From assembly GCA_001776935.1 (NCBI GenBank), contig MFDN01000008.1, positions 8,998-72,997 of the forward strand: 64,000 nucleotides of DNA. Direction: 5' to 3'. This document shows positions 28,939 through 40,929 of this stretch, in pieces (position 1 is the stretch's first letter; each line of letters starts with the position of its first letter). The translations under genes and the position numbers were made by a program. Origin of the DNA: Candidatus Daviesbacteria bacterium RIFCSPLOWO2_01_FULL_39_23. GTDB lineage: Bacteria; Patescibacteriota; Microgenomatia; Daviesbacterales; UBA10151. Under the pieces are notes generated by a model. The model did no database searches and had not been told where the DNA came from. It saw nothing but the letters and a program-made list of their open reading frames with translations.

Positions 28939-28979
28939 TACGAAGACCGTGCCATATTAAATTTAATAGTATCATCTCT

Positions 28980-31188
<2,209 letters not shown>

Positions 31189-31232
31189 TTAACATTATTT
31201 GCTAAATTAAGGTAAGTTAGTTATAATAAATT

Positions 31233-32249
31233 ATGGGAAATAAAAGTTACACAATTGTAACGCTTGGTTCTCACTCCGCCCTGCAAATTTTAAAAGGGGC
31301 AAAAGATGAGGGTTTTCAAACTGCAGTAGTAGTTACACCTGATCGAATCGCACTTTATTCTTCATATAAAAATTTTATTGATGAAATTTTAGAAGTTAAA
31401 TCCTGGAAAGGTTTTCCTGCTTTAGAAAAAGAACTTATTAAAAGAAATACAATCCTGATTCCGCATGGTTCATTTGTGGCATATTTGGGGATGGAGCAAA
31501 ATAAAAAAATGAAGGTCCTATACTTTGGCAACAAGGCTGTTTTGGATTGGGAAGAAAACCGGAAAATGCAAAGGACCTGGATGGAAAAATCCGGGATCAA
31601 AGTCCCGCATCGGTTCAGAAGAGGAGACAAGATAGACCGTGCGGTAATTGTAAAATCTTATGGAGCTGCCGGCGGTAAAGGATATTTTACTGCCACAAAC
31701 CAAAAAGAATTTGACGAAAAGTTAAAAAACTACAACGAAGAAAAATTTATTGTGCAGGAATATGTTATCGGGGTGCCTGTTTATTTCCATTTTTTCTATT
31801 CACCTTTGACTAAAAAAGTGGAGATAATGAGTTTAGATAAACGTTATGAAACAAATGTTGACTCGCTTGGAAGAATCCCTGCTAAAAATCAAAGGGGTTT
31901 GGATATTGAACCCTCGTTTGAAGTAGTTGCCAATATTCCTATGGCCATAAGGGAATCTCTTTTGGCCCAAGGTATTTCCATGGCAGAAAGAGTTATTAAA
32001 ACTTCCCAAAAATTAATTCCGGAGAAAGGGCTTTTCGGGCCGTTTTGTCTGGAAACTATTATTACTTCAACTGAGGAAATATATGTAATAGAAATTTCTG
32101 CAAGGATTGTGGCAGGGACTAATTGTTTTATAGACGGCTCGCCTTATACATATTTATTGTATGATGAGCCCATGTCTACAGGAAGAAGAATAGCCCGGGA
32201 AATAAAATATGCCATAAGACAAAATAGATTAAAGGAGGTTTTGGATTAA
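31233..32249 (+). CDS. purP: Archaeal-type FAICAR synthetase (formate-dependent AICAR formyltransferase, ATP-grasp), paralog 1
   Basis: LGSHSALQILKGAKDEGF N-terminus and an ATP-grasp core. Similar to the archaeal PurP family. Confidence 0.8.
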   Translation: MGNKSYTIVTLGSHSALQILKGAKDEGFQTAVVVTPDRIALYSSYKNFIDEILEVKSWKGFPALEKELIKRNTILIPHGSFVAYLGMEQNKKMKVLYFGNKAVLDWEENRKMQRTWMEKSGIKVPHRFRRGDKIDRAVIVKSYGAAGGKGYFTATNQKEFDEKLKNYNEEKFIVQEYVIGVPVYFHFFYSPLTKKVEIMSLDKRYETNVDSLGRIPAKNQRGLDIEPSFEVVANIPMAIRESLLAQGISMAERVIKTSQKLIPEKGLFGPFCLETIITSTEEIYVIEISARIVAGTNCFIDGSPYTYLLYDEPMSTGRRIAREIKYAIRQNRLKEVLD

Positions 32250-32327
32250 ATGATCGCTCGTCACATCAAAAAGCACCGTTCGACTAGTGATACTGTAACA
32301 TTAAGTAATCCTCAACCCTCACTATGT

Positions 32328-32364
32328 GAAGATTTTGCGCCAAGTTACTGCACGCAAAATCTTC
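32328..32364 (+). promoter_or_regulatory. Perfect 12-bp-stem hairpin (GAAGATTTTGCG / CGCAAAATCTTC) between the two purP paralogs
   Basis: 13-nt loop followed by a weak U-rich tract. Candidate attenuator or terminator. Confidence 0.3.
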
Positions 32365-32409
32365 AAATTGCTTTTGTGATTTGTGACTTCGCAATTCTAA
32401 AGGAGTGTT

Positions 32410-33519
32410 ATGGCTAACAGATACACAATTGCTGTACTTGGTTCCCACTCTGCTTTGGATGTTTGTCGCGGAGCAAAAGATTTGGGGTTTAAGACTTTAG
32501 TAGTTGTACAAAAAGGCAGGGATAAAACTTATGCAAAATATTATAAAACGCAAAGTGGTAGTCCTTCGGTCGGTTGCGTGGATGAGGTCATTGAGTTAGA
32601 AAAGTTTGCAGATATTATTAAGCCGGAAATACAGGAAGAATTATTAAAAAGAAATTGTATTTTTATTCCCCATAGGTCTTTTGAGGTTTACATTAATGAT
32701 TATGACGCCATAGAAAAAAAGTTTAAAGTTCCGATGTTTGGGAACCGATTTTTACTAAGGTGTGAAGAACGGGGAGTAAAACCAAACCAGTATGACCTCT
32801 TAGATAAAGCAAATATCCGATACCCCAAACAATTCAATCCGCCAGCTGGCGGACCAAAAGATATAGACAGGCTTTGCATTGTTAAAGTTTTGGAAAAGGA
32901 GCGGGGGTTTGAAAGGGCATTTTTCTTTGCAGAATCTTTTGAAGAATATAAAATTGGCGTCACACAGGGGCTTGGCTTAGGAAAATTTACAGAAGCGCAG
33001 ATTAAGGGAGCAATAATAGAGGAATTTATTGTTGGTGTGCAGGTAAATTTTAATTTCTTTTATTCGCCGGTTAACAATCGATTGGAGCTGATTGGAACAG
33101 ATACAAGAAGACAAACTAATATAGAAGGCCTGACAAAATTGCCATCTGTTTATGAAGGAGAGTTGATTAAAAAAATCGGTGTTAAATATGAAGAAGCCGG
33201 GCATATTGCGGTGACTGTTTTGGAATCATTATTGGAAGATGCATTTGCTATGGGGGAGCAATTTGTGGAAGCTTCCAAAGAATTATTTAAGCCGGGAGTA
33301 ATAGGTCCGTTTGGTTTACAAACTATGATTACTGCGGGACCTCCTAAAAAAGAAATTATTGTATTTGATGTCTCACCCAGAATGCCGGGAAGCCCGGGAA
33401 TTTTTGCCACCCCTTACAGTGGGTATTTATACGGACAAAATATCAGCATGGGCAAAAGGGTGGCAATGGAAATAAAAGAAGCAATTGAAGAAAGAGAATT
33501 GGAAAAGGTTCTAACGTAA
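32410..33519 (+). CDS. purP: Archaeal-type FAICAR synthetase PurP, paralog 2
   Basis: VLGSHSALDVCRGAKDLGF N-terminus, co-linear with paralog 1. About 10 aa are inserted by a GC-rich palindromic segment at 32548-32579. Confidence 0.8.
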   Translation: MANRYTIAVLGSHSALDVCRGAKDLGFKTLVVVQKGRDKTYAKYYKTQSGSPSVGCVDEVIELEKFADIIKPEIQEELLKRNCIFIPHRSFEVYINDYDAIEKKFKVPMFGNRFLLRCEERGVKPNQYDLLDKANIRYPKQFNPPAGGPKDIDRLCIVKVLEKERGFERAFFFAESFEEYKIGVTQGLGLGKFTEAQIKGAIIEEFIVGVQVNFNFFYSPVNNRLELIGTDTRRQTNIEGLTKLPSVYEGELIKKIGVKYEEAGHIAVTVLESLLEDAFAMGEQFVEASKELFKPGVIGPFGLQTMITAGPPKKEIIVFDVSPRMPGSPGIFATPYSGYLYGQNISMGKRVAMEIKEAIEERELEKVLT

Positions 33520-33525
33520 TTCTAT

Positions 33526-33619
33526 TGTCATTCTGATCCGCCAGCAACTGCGTAGCTGTGGGCGGAGAAGAATCTCAAGATTAGTCTAGAGATCCTTCAC
33601 TAATCATTCAGGATGACAG
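33526..33619. repeat. Intergenic repeat element, copy 2
   Basis: Core tgtcattctgatccgccagcaactgcgtagctgtgggcggagaagaatctc and terminal inverted repeat tgtcattctga / tcaggatgaca. Confidence 0.5.
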
Positions 33620-33625
33620 ATACAT

Positions 33626-35164
33626 ATGAAACAAGAAAAGAAGTTTGCATTAGTAAGTGTTTATGATAAAACCGGAATAGCAGATTTTGCCAGGGTTTTA
33701 GAAAAGGGGGGATATGAAATTATTTCTACCGGCGGCACATTTGAGGTATTAAAAAAAGACGGAATTAAAGTCACTCCCGTTGATGAAATTACCGGTAATC
33801 CAAGAGACTGCTTCGATGGTCGGATGAAAACAATCAGTTTTCAAATAGAATCCGGAATTTTATTTGACCGGGAAAACCCTTCTCATGTTGAGGAGGCGCA
33901 AAAATTAAACGTTCCTAAAATAGACATTGTGGTATGCAATCTTTATCCCTTTGAGGAGAAACCCGGCATTGAAACAATTGATGTGGGAGGACCGACAATG
34001 ATCCGGGCTGCTGCCAAAAATAATGCCAGCGTTTTAGTAGTAGTTGATCCGGCAGATTATGAAGAAGTATCAAAGGTTGTAAAGGTATCAAAAGTATCAA
34101 AGGAATTAAGACAAAAACTGGCTGCCAAAGCTTTTTATCATCTGTCTTTTTATGATTCCCAAATTGGTAAATATTTTTCAGAAGAAGATTTTCCGAAAGA
34201 GGTAACAATACCACTTCGAAAAACTAATGTTTTAAGGTATGGAGAAAATCCTCACCAAAAAGGTGCCTTATATTTAATGCCAAATACAAATTCTCCTTTT
34301 AGTAAGTTAAAGCATCTTTGGGGAAGGGAGCTTTCCGGAACAAATATAGGAGATATTCAGGCAGGTTTAGAAACTGTCAGGCAATTTAATGAAGCAGCTG
34401 CTTGTGTGATAAAACATTTAAGCCCTTGTGGTATTGCTAGAGGATCTGATGCCAGGGAGGCTTTGTATTTTGCAATTGAAGCAGATCCGGTTTCTGCATT
34501 CGGAGGAGTAATTGTTTTAAATAAAGTAATGGATTTGGAGGCTGCAAAAAATGTGGCAACATTTAAAAACGAAAGGGAAGAAAATATAGATATTGTGGCA
34601 GTTCCTGATGTGACCCCTGATGCTTTAGAACTTTTGAAAAAGGTCAGAAAAAGTATGGGAGTCTATACTTTTGGTGAAATTCCCACTGGTAGAAGTGAAC
34701 AGTGGGACTTAAAATATTTTGCAGGGGCTGTACTTTTGCAGGACTTTGATGATAATGTGGAAGAAAGTTTTCAAAACTGGAAAGTTGTGACAAAAATGAA
34801 GCCTTCTGAGAAACAAATGAAACAAATGCAGTTTGGTTTTAAATGCGTCAAAGCTGTCAGGTCCAATGCTGTGATTGTTATTGATAAAGATATTCCTATG
34901 ACTCGCGGGATTGGTTCGGGTCAGACCTCAAGAGTCGGGGCTACCAAAATTGCTTTAGAGCAGGCAGGAGATTTTAATAAAGGGGGAATCTTAATAAGCG
35001 ACAGCTTTTTCCCGTTTGATGACAGTGTGAAGATGGCTGCAAAATATGGAATCGGTGCAATTTTAGAACAAGGGGGTTCAGTCAACGATAAAGCGTCCAC
35101 TGAGGCAGCAGATGAGGCAGGTATCCCAATGGTATTTACCGGAAGGAGGGCATTCAGACACTAA
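33626..35164 (+). CDS. purH: Bifunctional AICAR transformylase / IMP cyclohydrolase
   Basis: MGS-like N-terminus (LVSVYDKTGIADFA) and an AICARFT C-terminus. 512 aa. Confidence 0.9.
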   Translation: MKQEKKFALVSVYDKTGIADFARVLEKGGYEIISTGGTFEVLKKDGIKVTPVDEITGNPRDCFDGRMKTISFQIESGILFDRENPSHVEEAQKLNVPKIDIVVCNLYPFEEKPGIETIDVGGPTMIRAAAKNNASVLVVVDPADYEEVSKVVKVSKVSKELRQKLAAKAFYHLSFYDSQIGKYFSEEDFPKEVTIPLRKTNVLRYGENPHQKGALYLMPNTNSPFSKLKHLWGRELSGTNIGDIQAGLETVRQFNEAAACVIKHLSPCGIARGSDAREALYFAIEADPVSAFGGVIVLNKVMDLEAAKNVATFKNEREENIDIVAVPDVTPDALELLKKVRKSMGVYTFGEIPTGRSEQWDLKYFAGAVLLQDFDDNVEESFQNWKVVTKMKPSEKQMKQMQFGFKCVKAVRSNAVIVIDKDIPMTRGIGSGQTSRVGATKIALEQAGDFNKGGILISDSFFPFDDSVKMAAKYGIGAILEQGGSVNDKASTEAADEAGIPMVFTGRRAFRH

Positions 35165-36570
35165 TGGAAAGTAAAAAGGAAAAAGTAAAAAGTCAAAATT
35201 ACAGTAGTTATCAAAGTCCATTTGCATGGCGTTACGGATCAGAAAAAATGCGTCAGATTTTTTCTGAAGAATATAAATATAAACTTTGGAGAAAAATATG
35301 GGTATCTTTGGCAAAGGCCCAGGCAAAAGAGGGATTGGTATCAGAAGAAGAGTGGAAAGACTTAGAAAAAAATCAGGACAATTTAGATATTGAAAGAATC
35401 TGGGAGATTGAAAAGGACACCAGACATGATGTGGTGGCCGCGATCAAAGAGTTTGCAGAAAAGGCGAAGGTGGGCGGCGGCAAGATTCACCTGGGTGCAA
35501 CATCTATGGATATTTCTGATAATGCAGAAACCGTAAGGATGCAGGAAGCGCTTATTTTGGTTGAAAAAAATCTTAAAAAACTCATTAAAATCTTTGGAGA
35601 AAAGATAAAAAAATATGCTGATCTTCCCTGTATGGGTTATACACACTTACAAGCAGCTGAACCAACCACACTCGGTTACAGGTTTGCCTTCTATGCCCAG
35701 GATCTTTTGATGGATCTAAAGCTTTTGCAATTTGTTAAGGAGAATTTAAAGAGTAAGGGATTAAAAGGGGCAGTAGGAACTTCAGCAAGCTATGTTAAAT
35801 TGCTTGATGGAAAAAAAGCCAAAGAAATGGAAGAAGGAGTGCTCTCTGAGTTGGGAATAGAAGCAGCTGAAATTACCAGTCAAACAGCCCCAAGAAAAAT
35901 AGAATTTTGGCTGGGAAATTTACTGGCATCTATTGCTCAAAGTCTTAATAAATTTGCATTTGATTTAAGGATTTTGCAGGCTCCTTTTATGAATGAATGG
36001 ATGGAACCTTTTGGCAAAAGCCAGGTTGGTTCGTCTGCCATGCCCTTTAAAAGAAATCCTATAAAGGCAGAACAGATTTGTTCGTTGGCAAGATTAGTTA
36101 TTAATTTATCAAGAACAACCTGGGATAATGCTGCTAATCAGTTACTGGAGCGGACTCTGGATGATTCGGCAAATAGAAGAGTAGTGATTCCGGAAATGTT
36201 TTTAGCAATAGACGAGATAATTGATACTGCAGGTAATTTAGTTGAAGGCCTAAATATTAATGAAATAGTAATTACGAAGAACTTAAAATTTTTCTTTGTT
36301 TTTTCAGCAAGCGAATCAATTATTATAGAAGCAGTTAAAAAGGGTGCGGATAGGCAAGTTGTGCACGAGATATTAAGAGAAATTTCTATGAAGGCCTGGG
36401 AGGCTATGGACAAGGCAGGAGAGATGCAGAAGTTATTATTAGAAAATGCTGAGATTAAAAAATATTTAAATGCAGCAGATTTAAAGAAATTATTAGATGC
36501 TAAAAATCATATTGGAAATGCGCCGCAAAAAGCATTGACTTTGGCTTTGGAGATTGATAAGTTGACTTAA
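35164..36570 (+). CDS. purB: Adenylosuccinate lyase
   Basis: Fumarase/ASL signature GSSAMPFKRNP. Confidence 0.9.
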   Translation: MESKKEKVKSQNYSSYQSPFAWRYGSEKMRQIFSEEYKYKLWRKIWVSLAKAQAKEGLVSEEEWKDLEKNQDNLDIERIWEIEKDTRHDVVAAIKEFAEKAKVGGGKIHLGATSMDISDNAETVRMQEALILVEKNLKKLIKIFGEKIKKYADLPCMGYTHLQAAEPTTLGYRFAFYAQDLLMDLKLLQFVKENLKSKGLKGAVGTSASYVKLLDGKKAKEMEEGVLSELGIEAAEITSQTAPRKIEFWLGNLLASIAQSLNKFAFDLRILQAPFMNEWMEPFGKSQVGSSAMPFKRNPIKAEQICSLARLVINLSRTTWDNAANQLLERTLDDSANRRVVIPEMFLAIDEIIDTAGNLVEGLNINEIVITKNLKFFFVFSASESIIIEAVKKGADRQVVHEILREISMKAWEAMDKAGEMQKLLLENAEIKKYLNAADLKKLLDAKNHIGNAPQKALTLALEIDKLT

Positions 36571-36574
36571 AACT

Positions 36575-37060
36575 ATGTCAAAAAAAGTATTGATATTAAT
36601 GGGTTCGGATTCTGATTTTTCTGTAATGTCGGAAGCGGGAAAAACGTTGGAAGAATTTAACGTAGAATACGAAATCACAGTTTCTTCGGCCCATCGCTCA
36701 CCAGAAAGAACGAAGGAGCTGGTTTCAAAAGCCAAAGACGAGGGAGTCAAAGTTATTATTGCCAGCGCCGGTTTGGCTGCTCATCTGGCAGGGGTGGTGG
36801 CGGCACACTTCCACTTGCCGGTTATTGGTGTACCAATCCAAAGTGGGCCTTTGAGTGGGCTCGATGCACTTTTATCTACCATGCAGATGCCGCCGGGCGT
36901 GCCGGTGGCAACTGTCGCTATAAACGGCGCTAAAAATGCTGCAGTTTTGGCTGTCCAAATATTGGCAACTTCTGACGGGGCTTTAGAAAACTCATTAATA
37001 GAATATAAGAAAAAGTTAGCAGATGCAGTAGAAGAAAAAGCCCGCAACCTTGGAAAATGA
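36575..37060 (+). CDS. purE: N5-CAIR mutase / AIR carboxylase catalytic subunit
   Basis: PurE motifs (MGSDSD, AHRSPER, IIASAGLAAHLAG). No purK was seen in this window. Confidence 0.9.
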   Translation: MSKKVLILMGSDSDFSVMSEAGKTLEEFNVEYEITVSSAHRSPERTKELVSKAKDEGVKVIIASAGLAAHLAGVVAAHFHLPVIGVPIQSGPLSGLDALLSTMQMPPGVPVATVAINGAKNAAVLAVQILATSDGALENSLIEYKKKLADAVEEKARNLGK

Positions 37061-38022
37061 TTGACAAAAAAACTGTTATTGAAAATATTCCTTCTGCCTT
37101 AAAAAGTGTTAATATCCGGAAGTTCGGCAAGAAACACCAGGGAAAAGTCAGGGATAGCTATCAAGTTGGTGAGAAAAGAATTATTATCACAACTGACAGG
37201 CAATCTGCTTTTGATAGGGTTTTAGGTTTTATTCCGTTTAAAGGGCAGGTACTCACTCAAATTTCAAAATTTTGGTTTGAAAAAACAGAAGATATTATCC
37301 AAAATCATCTGATTTCCGTTCCGGATCCAAATGTAATGCTGACTAAAAATTGCAAAGTAATTCCTATTGAAATGGTTGTCCGGGGGTATATTACCGGGGT
37401 TACAGATACTTCTATATGGGGATCTTACGAAAAAGGAGAAAGGATAATTTATGGAATTAAGTTTCCGGAAGGTTTAAGTAAAAATCAAAAATTGCCAGAA
37501 TCCGTGATAACCCCAACTACAAAAGCAGAAGCAGGACATGACGAAAGATTAACAGAAAAAGAAATACTGCAAAAAGAAATTGTTACTCCTAAAATTTGGA
37601 AAGAAATGAAAAAAGCAGCATTGGCTATTTTTGAAAGGGGACAAAAAATCTGTCAAAAAGCCGGGATAATATTGGTTGATACAAAATATGAATTTGGTCT
37701 GGATGAAAAAGGAAAATTAATTTTAGTTGATGAGGTTCATACACCGGATTCTTCAAGGTACTGGATAAAAAAGACTTACAAAGAAAGGTTAAAAAAAGGG
37801 TTGGAACCGGAAAGCTATGATAAGGAGCCTTTAAGAATTTGGTTTAAGGAACAAGGTTACACCGGCAAAGGCAAAATTCCCAAAATGCCTCCCGAATTTA
37901 TTGCCAAAATGAGCATGCTTTATATGAGTATATTTGAAAAAATTACCGGTAAAAAGTTTGTGCCGGATATGAGTAAAAACGTCACAAAAAGGATTAAAGA
38001 TAATTTGTCAGGAGTACTTTAG
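37057..38022 (+). CDS. purC: SAICAR synthetase
   Basis: Long-form PurC similarity (LVDTKYEFG, GKVRDSY). Confidence 0.85.
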   Translation: MIDKKTVIENIPSALKSVNIRKFGKKHQGKVRDSYQVGEKRIIITTDRQSAFDRVLGFIPFKGQVLTQISKFWFEKTEDIIQNHLISVPDPNVMLTKNCKVIPIEMVVRGYITGVTDTSIWGSYEKGERIIYGIKFPEGLSKNQKLPESVITPTTKAEAGHDERLTEKEILQKEIVTPKIWKEMKKAALAIFERGQKICQKAGIILVDTKYEFGLDEKGKLILVDEVHTPDSSRYWIKKTYKERLKKGLEPESYDKEPLRIWFKEQGYTGKGKIPKMPPEFIAKMSMLYMSIFEKITGKKFVPDMSKNVTKRIKDNLSGVL

Positions 38023-38062
38023 AGTTTGCAAAACTAATTTGAGAAAGATATAATTTTAAGCG

Positions 38063-39043
38063 ATGGCAAATGATAATGGTTTTGTACTTTTAACAGGGAC
38101 TGCAAATTTAAAACTAGCGCAAGATGTTGCCAAAATTTTAGGAAAAAATGTTGACGAAACTGTCAGTGTTTTTGCAGACGGCGAGAAAAGAATTGTTATT
38201 CCTGAGAACCTTCGGAAGAGAGATGTTTTTATAATTCAACCCACCTGCCCTCCTGTTGATGCAAATATTATGGAACTTTTTCTAATAATAGATGCGGCAA
38301 AAAGGTCATCTGCTTCTGAGGTTTCTGCGATTATTCCTTATTTTGGATACTCAAGACAAGACAGAAAAGACAGACCCCGGGTTCCGATTTCTGCATCTAT
38401 TATTGCAAGGCTTATTGAGTATGCGGGAGCAGACAGAATTTTAACTGTTGATATTCATTCCGAACAGGAACCGGGCTTTGTGGAAATTCCGTGGGATAAT
38501 TTATACAGTAGCTATTCATTCCTCCCGTATCTTAAAGGCCAATTTACCTCTAATCTTATTATAGCCTCTCCTGATAAGGGTGGTGTTTTGAAAGCAGCTT
38601 TTTACGCAGATCTGCTTGACGCAGACGGAGTTGCAATAGTTTTCAAAGAAAGGGATGTAATGAAGGCAAACGAAAGCAAAGCTTTAGATATGATTGGTGA
38701 TGTCAAGGATAAAGATGTATTAATAGTTGATGATATGATCGATACGGCCGGGACAATTTGCGATGCTGCAAATTTAATCAAAGAAAGGGGTGCGAAAAAA
38801 GTGGTGGCTTTAGCAACGCATGGACTTTTTTCAGATCCTGCTCCTCAAAGAATTAAAGATTCTTCTTTGGATAAAATTTTCATTACCGATACTGTACCTA
38901 TTAGAAAAGAAATGTTGGAAAATCCAAAATTAGAAGTGATTTCTGTTGCTAAACTTTTAGCAGAAGCTATAAGTTGTATTTATAACGGGGATTCAATCTC
39001 CGAAAAATTAATTCCTAAAACCCACAGAGAAGAGAGAAATTGA
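38063..39043 (+). CDS. prs: Ribose-phosphate pyrophosphokinase
   Basis: PRPP-binding motif VDDMIDTAGT and Prs similarity along the full length. Confidence 0.9.
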   Translation: MANDNGFVLLTGTANLKLAQDVAKILGKNVDETVSVFADGEKRIVIPENLRKRDVFIIQPTCPPVDANIMELFLIIDAAKRSSASEVSAIIPYFGYSRQDRKDRPRVPISASIIARLIEYAGADRILTVDIHSEQEPGFVEIPWDNLYSSYSFLPYLKGQFTSNLIIASPDKGGVLKAAFYADLLDADGVAIVFKERDVMKANESKALDMIGDVKDKDVLIVDDMIDTAGTICDAANLIKERGAKKVVALATHGLFSDPAPQRIKDSSLDKIFITDTVPIRKEMLENPKLEVISVAKLLAEAISCIYNGDSISEKLIPKTHREERN

Positions 39044-39044
39044 C

Positions 39045-40151
39045 TTAACGTACTCCTAAACTTATAGCGCCAAAAATAACATTTTTATCCTTTATAATAA
39101 CCTGTTTTGGTCCATTTTGAATGACTCCTGTATTCCATGATTTTAAATTATTTTTTTGGGCAATTTCCTGTGCTTTTTCTACTTGAATAGGAGGTAAATA
39201 TACTGCAAAGCCTGCGCCCATGTTGAAATTGCCGTACATGTCTTCGTCAGTGCTGCCTGAGTTATTTTGAATAAAATCAAAAATCGGAGTGATGGGAGGT
39301 GTTTGAGTTATTACGTAACTAAAGTCTTTATTTGCTCTCATTAATTTTCTAAAGCCGTGTCCTGTAATATTGACCATATAATGAATATCAATACCATCTT
39401 CAAACAAATCCTTCACTAAATTTACATATATATGGGAAGGATTAAGCAGTGCGTCTCCGTACATAGTTCCATCGCTTAGCTTGGCTGAATATCCATCAGG
39501 AAGCTTTTGTGCAATTGCCCGTGCTAAAGATAACCCATTTGCATGAATGCCGCTGCTTTCTATTAACAAAATAGCATCTCCGGCCGTAAGTTTTTCTCCA
39601 AGGATGAGTCTTTCCTTTGGTTTGATAATACCAATGCAGGAGCCCACAAGGTCTAAAGTATCCGGGTTTATAATGCCGGAAAGTCCTGGAGTTTCGCCGC
39701 CGCCCCAGGTTGCGCCTGCCAAATTGCAGGCTTTTGCCCATCCTTCAATCAGGGCTTTTGAACGTGCAGTATCCGAAAACCATGCCGGCCCGCCAGAACC
39801 GAAATAGGCATTGATCACCTGCGGCATGGCGCCCACCGTTATAATGTCATTAACAATTGCTGCCACGGTATCCTGTGCAATTTGTCCGTAGTACTCTTTA
39901 CCGGTAATTTTACTCATGTCATCTGCCACTAAATTTTTAGTACCCAAACCCTCAATTACAAAAGCCCGGAAAGCATCGCTTTCCTCCCAAACAAAAGCAG
40001 ATTCGCCGCGGCTTTGTGTTATCTCTTTGAAGTTAAAGTTTAAAAGATTTTGAGAAGTTTGTTTGCCTGCATTTTGCGCCAGTTTTTTTAGAGGATCCAT
40101 CACATCGTAATTTACGCCTGTTTGTGAGTAGGAAATCTTTGACTTATTCAT
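39045..40151 (-). CDS. purM: AIR synthetase (FGAM cyclo-ligase)
   Basis: PurM N- and C-domain similarity. Convergent with prs. Confidence 0.9.
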   Translation of the reverse strand: MNKSKISYSQTGVNYDVMDPLKKLAQNAGKQTSQNLLNFNFKEITQSRGESAFVWEESDAFRAFVIEGLGTKNLVADDMSKITGKEYYGQIAQDTVAAIVNDIITVGAMPQVINAYFGSGGPAWFSDTARSKALIEGWAKACNLAGATWGGGETPGLSGIINPDTLDLVGSCIGIIKPKERLILGEKLTAGDAILLIESSGIHANGLSLARAIAQKLPDGYSAKLSDGTMYGDALLNPSHIYVNLVKDLFEDGIDIHYMVNITGHGFRKLMRANKDFSYVITQTPPITPIFDFIQNNSGSTDEDMYGNFNMGAGFAVYLPPIQVEKAQEIAQKNNLKSWNTGVIQNGPKQVIIKDKNVIFGAISLGVR

Positions 40152-40179
40152 CCTGTTAATATACCATAATTGTAGCCTT

Positions 40180-40923
40180 ATGCGAAATTTTTATGCGGCA
40201 ATAATTGCCTTTATTTTTTTTGTTTTTATATTTTCTCCAAATGCGGTACAGGCTGTTAGCGTCCGGGTGCCGATTTTGATGTATCACTACATTGCAAGTA
40301 ATCCAAATCCCTCAGACAGGGCACGGGATTCATTGTCTGTTTCTCCTGATAAATTTGATGCTCAAATGCAATACCTTTTGCAAAACGGCTATACCCCAAT
40401 TAGTTTGGATACCTTGTATGGAATTATTTATGGCCATGCATCAAAGCCTGAAAAACCTGTTGTTTTAACTTTTGATGACGGGTATATAGATTTTTACACA
40501 AATGCTTATCCGATACTTAGGAAATATAATTTTCATGCTGTTTCTTTTATTCCAACAAAACTGATAGGCGGAAGTTATTATATGAGCTGGAATCAAATTA
40601 AAGAAATCGCATCATCGGGGCTGGTTACTTTTGAGGGGCATACGATAACTCATGCTTACTTGCCTTCGCTAAGTTTTTCTGCCGCTTTCAAAGAGCTTAG
40701 TGATTCAAAGAAAATCATAGAAAGTTATACCGGCTACCCTGTGAATTTTATTGCTTATCCCGGCGGTTCCTCTAATGGGAATACTTGGGCTGCTGCACAG
40801 AAGGCAGGATACGTTGGGGGGTTAGGTACCTGGTATGGGAAATCATGGGGGCCATCTATGAATATGCCGAGAATTAAAGTATCTGGTTTATGGAATTTAA
40901 AGGAATTTGCCTCGAGGTTGTAA
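40180..40923 (+). CDS. Polysaccharide deacetylase (NodB homology) with a signal/anchor
   Basis: VVLTFDDGYIDFY motif and an N-terminal hydrophobic segment. Confidence 0.75.
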   Translation: MRNFYAAIIAFIFFVFIFSPNAVQAVSVRVPILMYHYIASNPNPSDRARDSLSVSPDKFDAQMQYLLQNGYTPISLDTLYGIIYGHASKPEKPVVLTFDDGYIDFYTNAYPILRKYNFHAVSFIPTKLIGGSYYMSWNQIKEIASSGLVTFEGHTITHAYLPSLSFSAAFKELSDSKKIIESYTGYPVNFIAYPGGSSNGNTWAAAQKAGYVGGLGTWYGKSWGPSMNMPRIKVSGLWNLKEFASRL

Positions 40924-40929
40924 TTTATC

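Noticed and set aside
28854-28979. Long N-terminal extension of the RT ORF (MRHNTHPKQ...RERERERV...).
   Set aside because: It is encoded by the (AG)n tract and overlaps the divergent avd start. The TTG at 28980 gives a canonical RT N-terminus.
32250-32409. Purine riboswitch upstream of purP2.
   Set aside because: No conserved purine-aptamer junction sequences (UAUA...UGGG / CCGUAA-like) are present. Only a simple hairpin is there.
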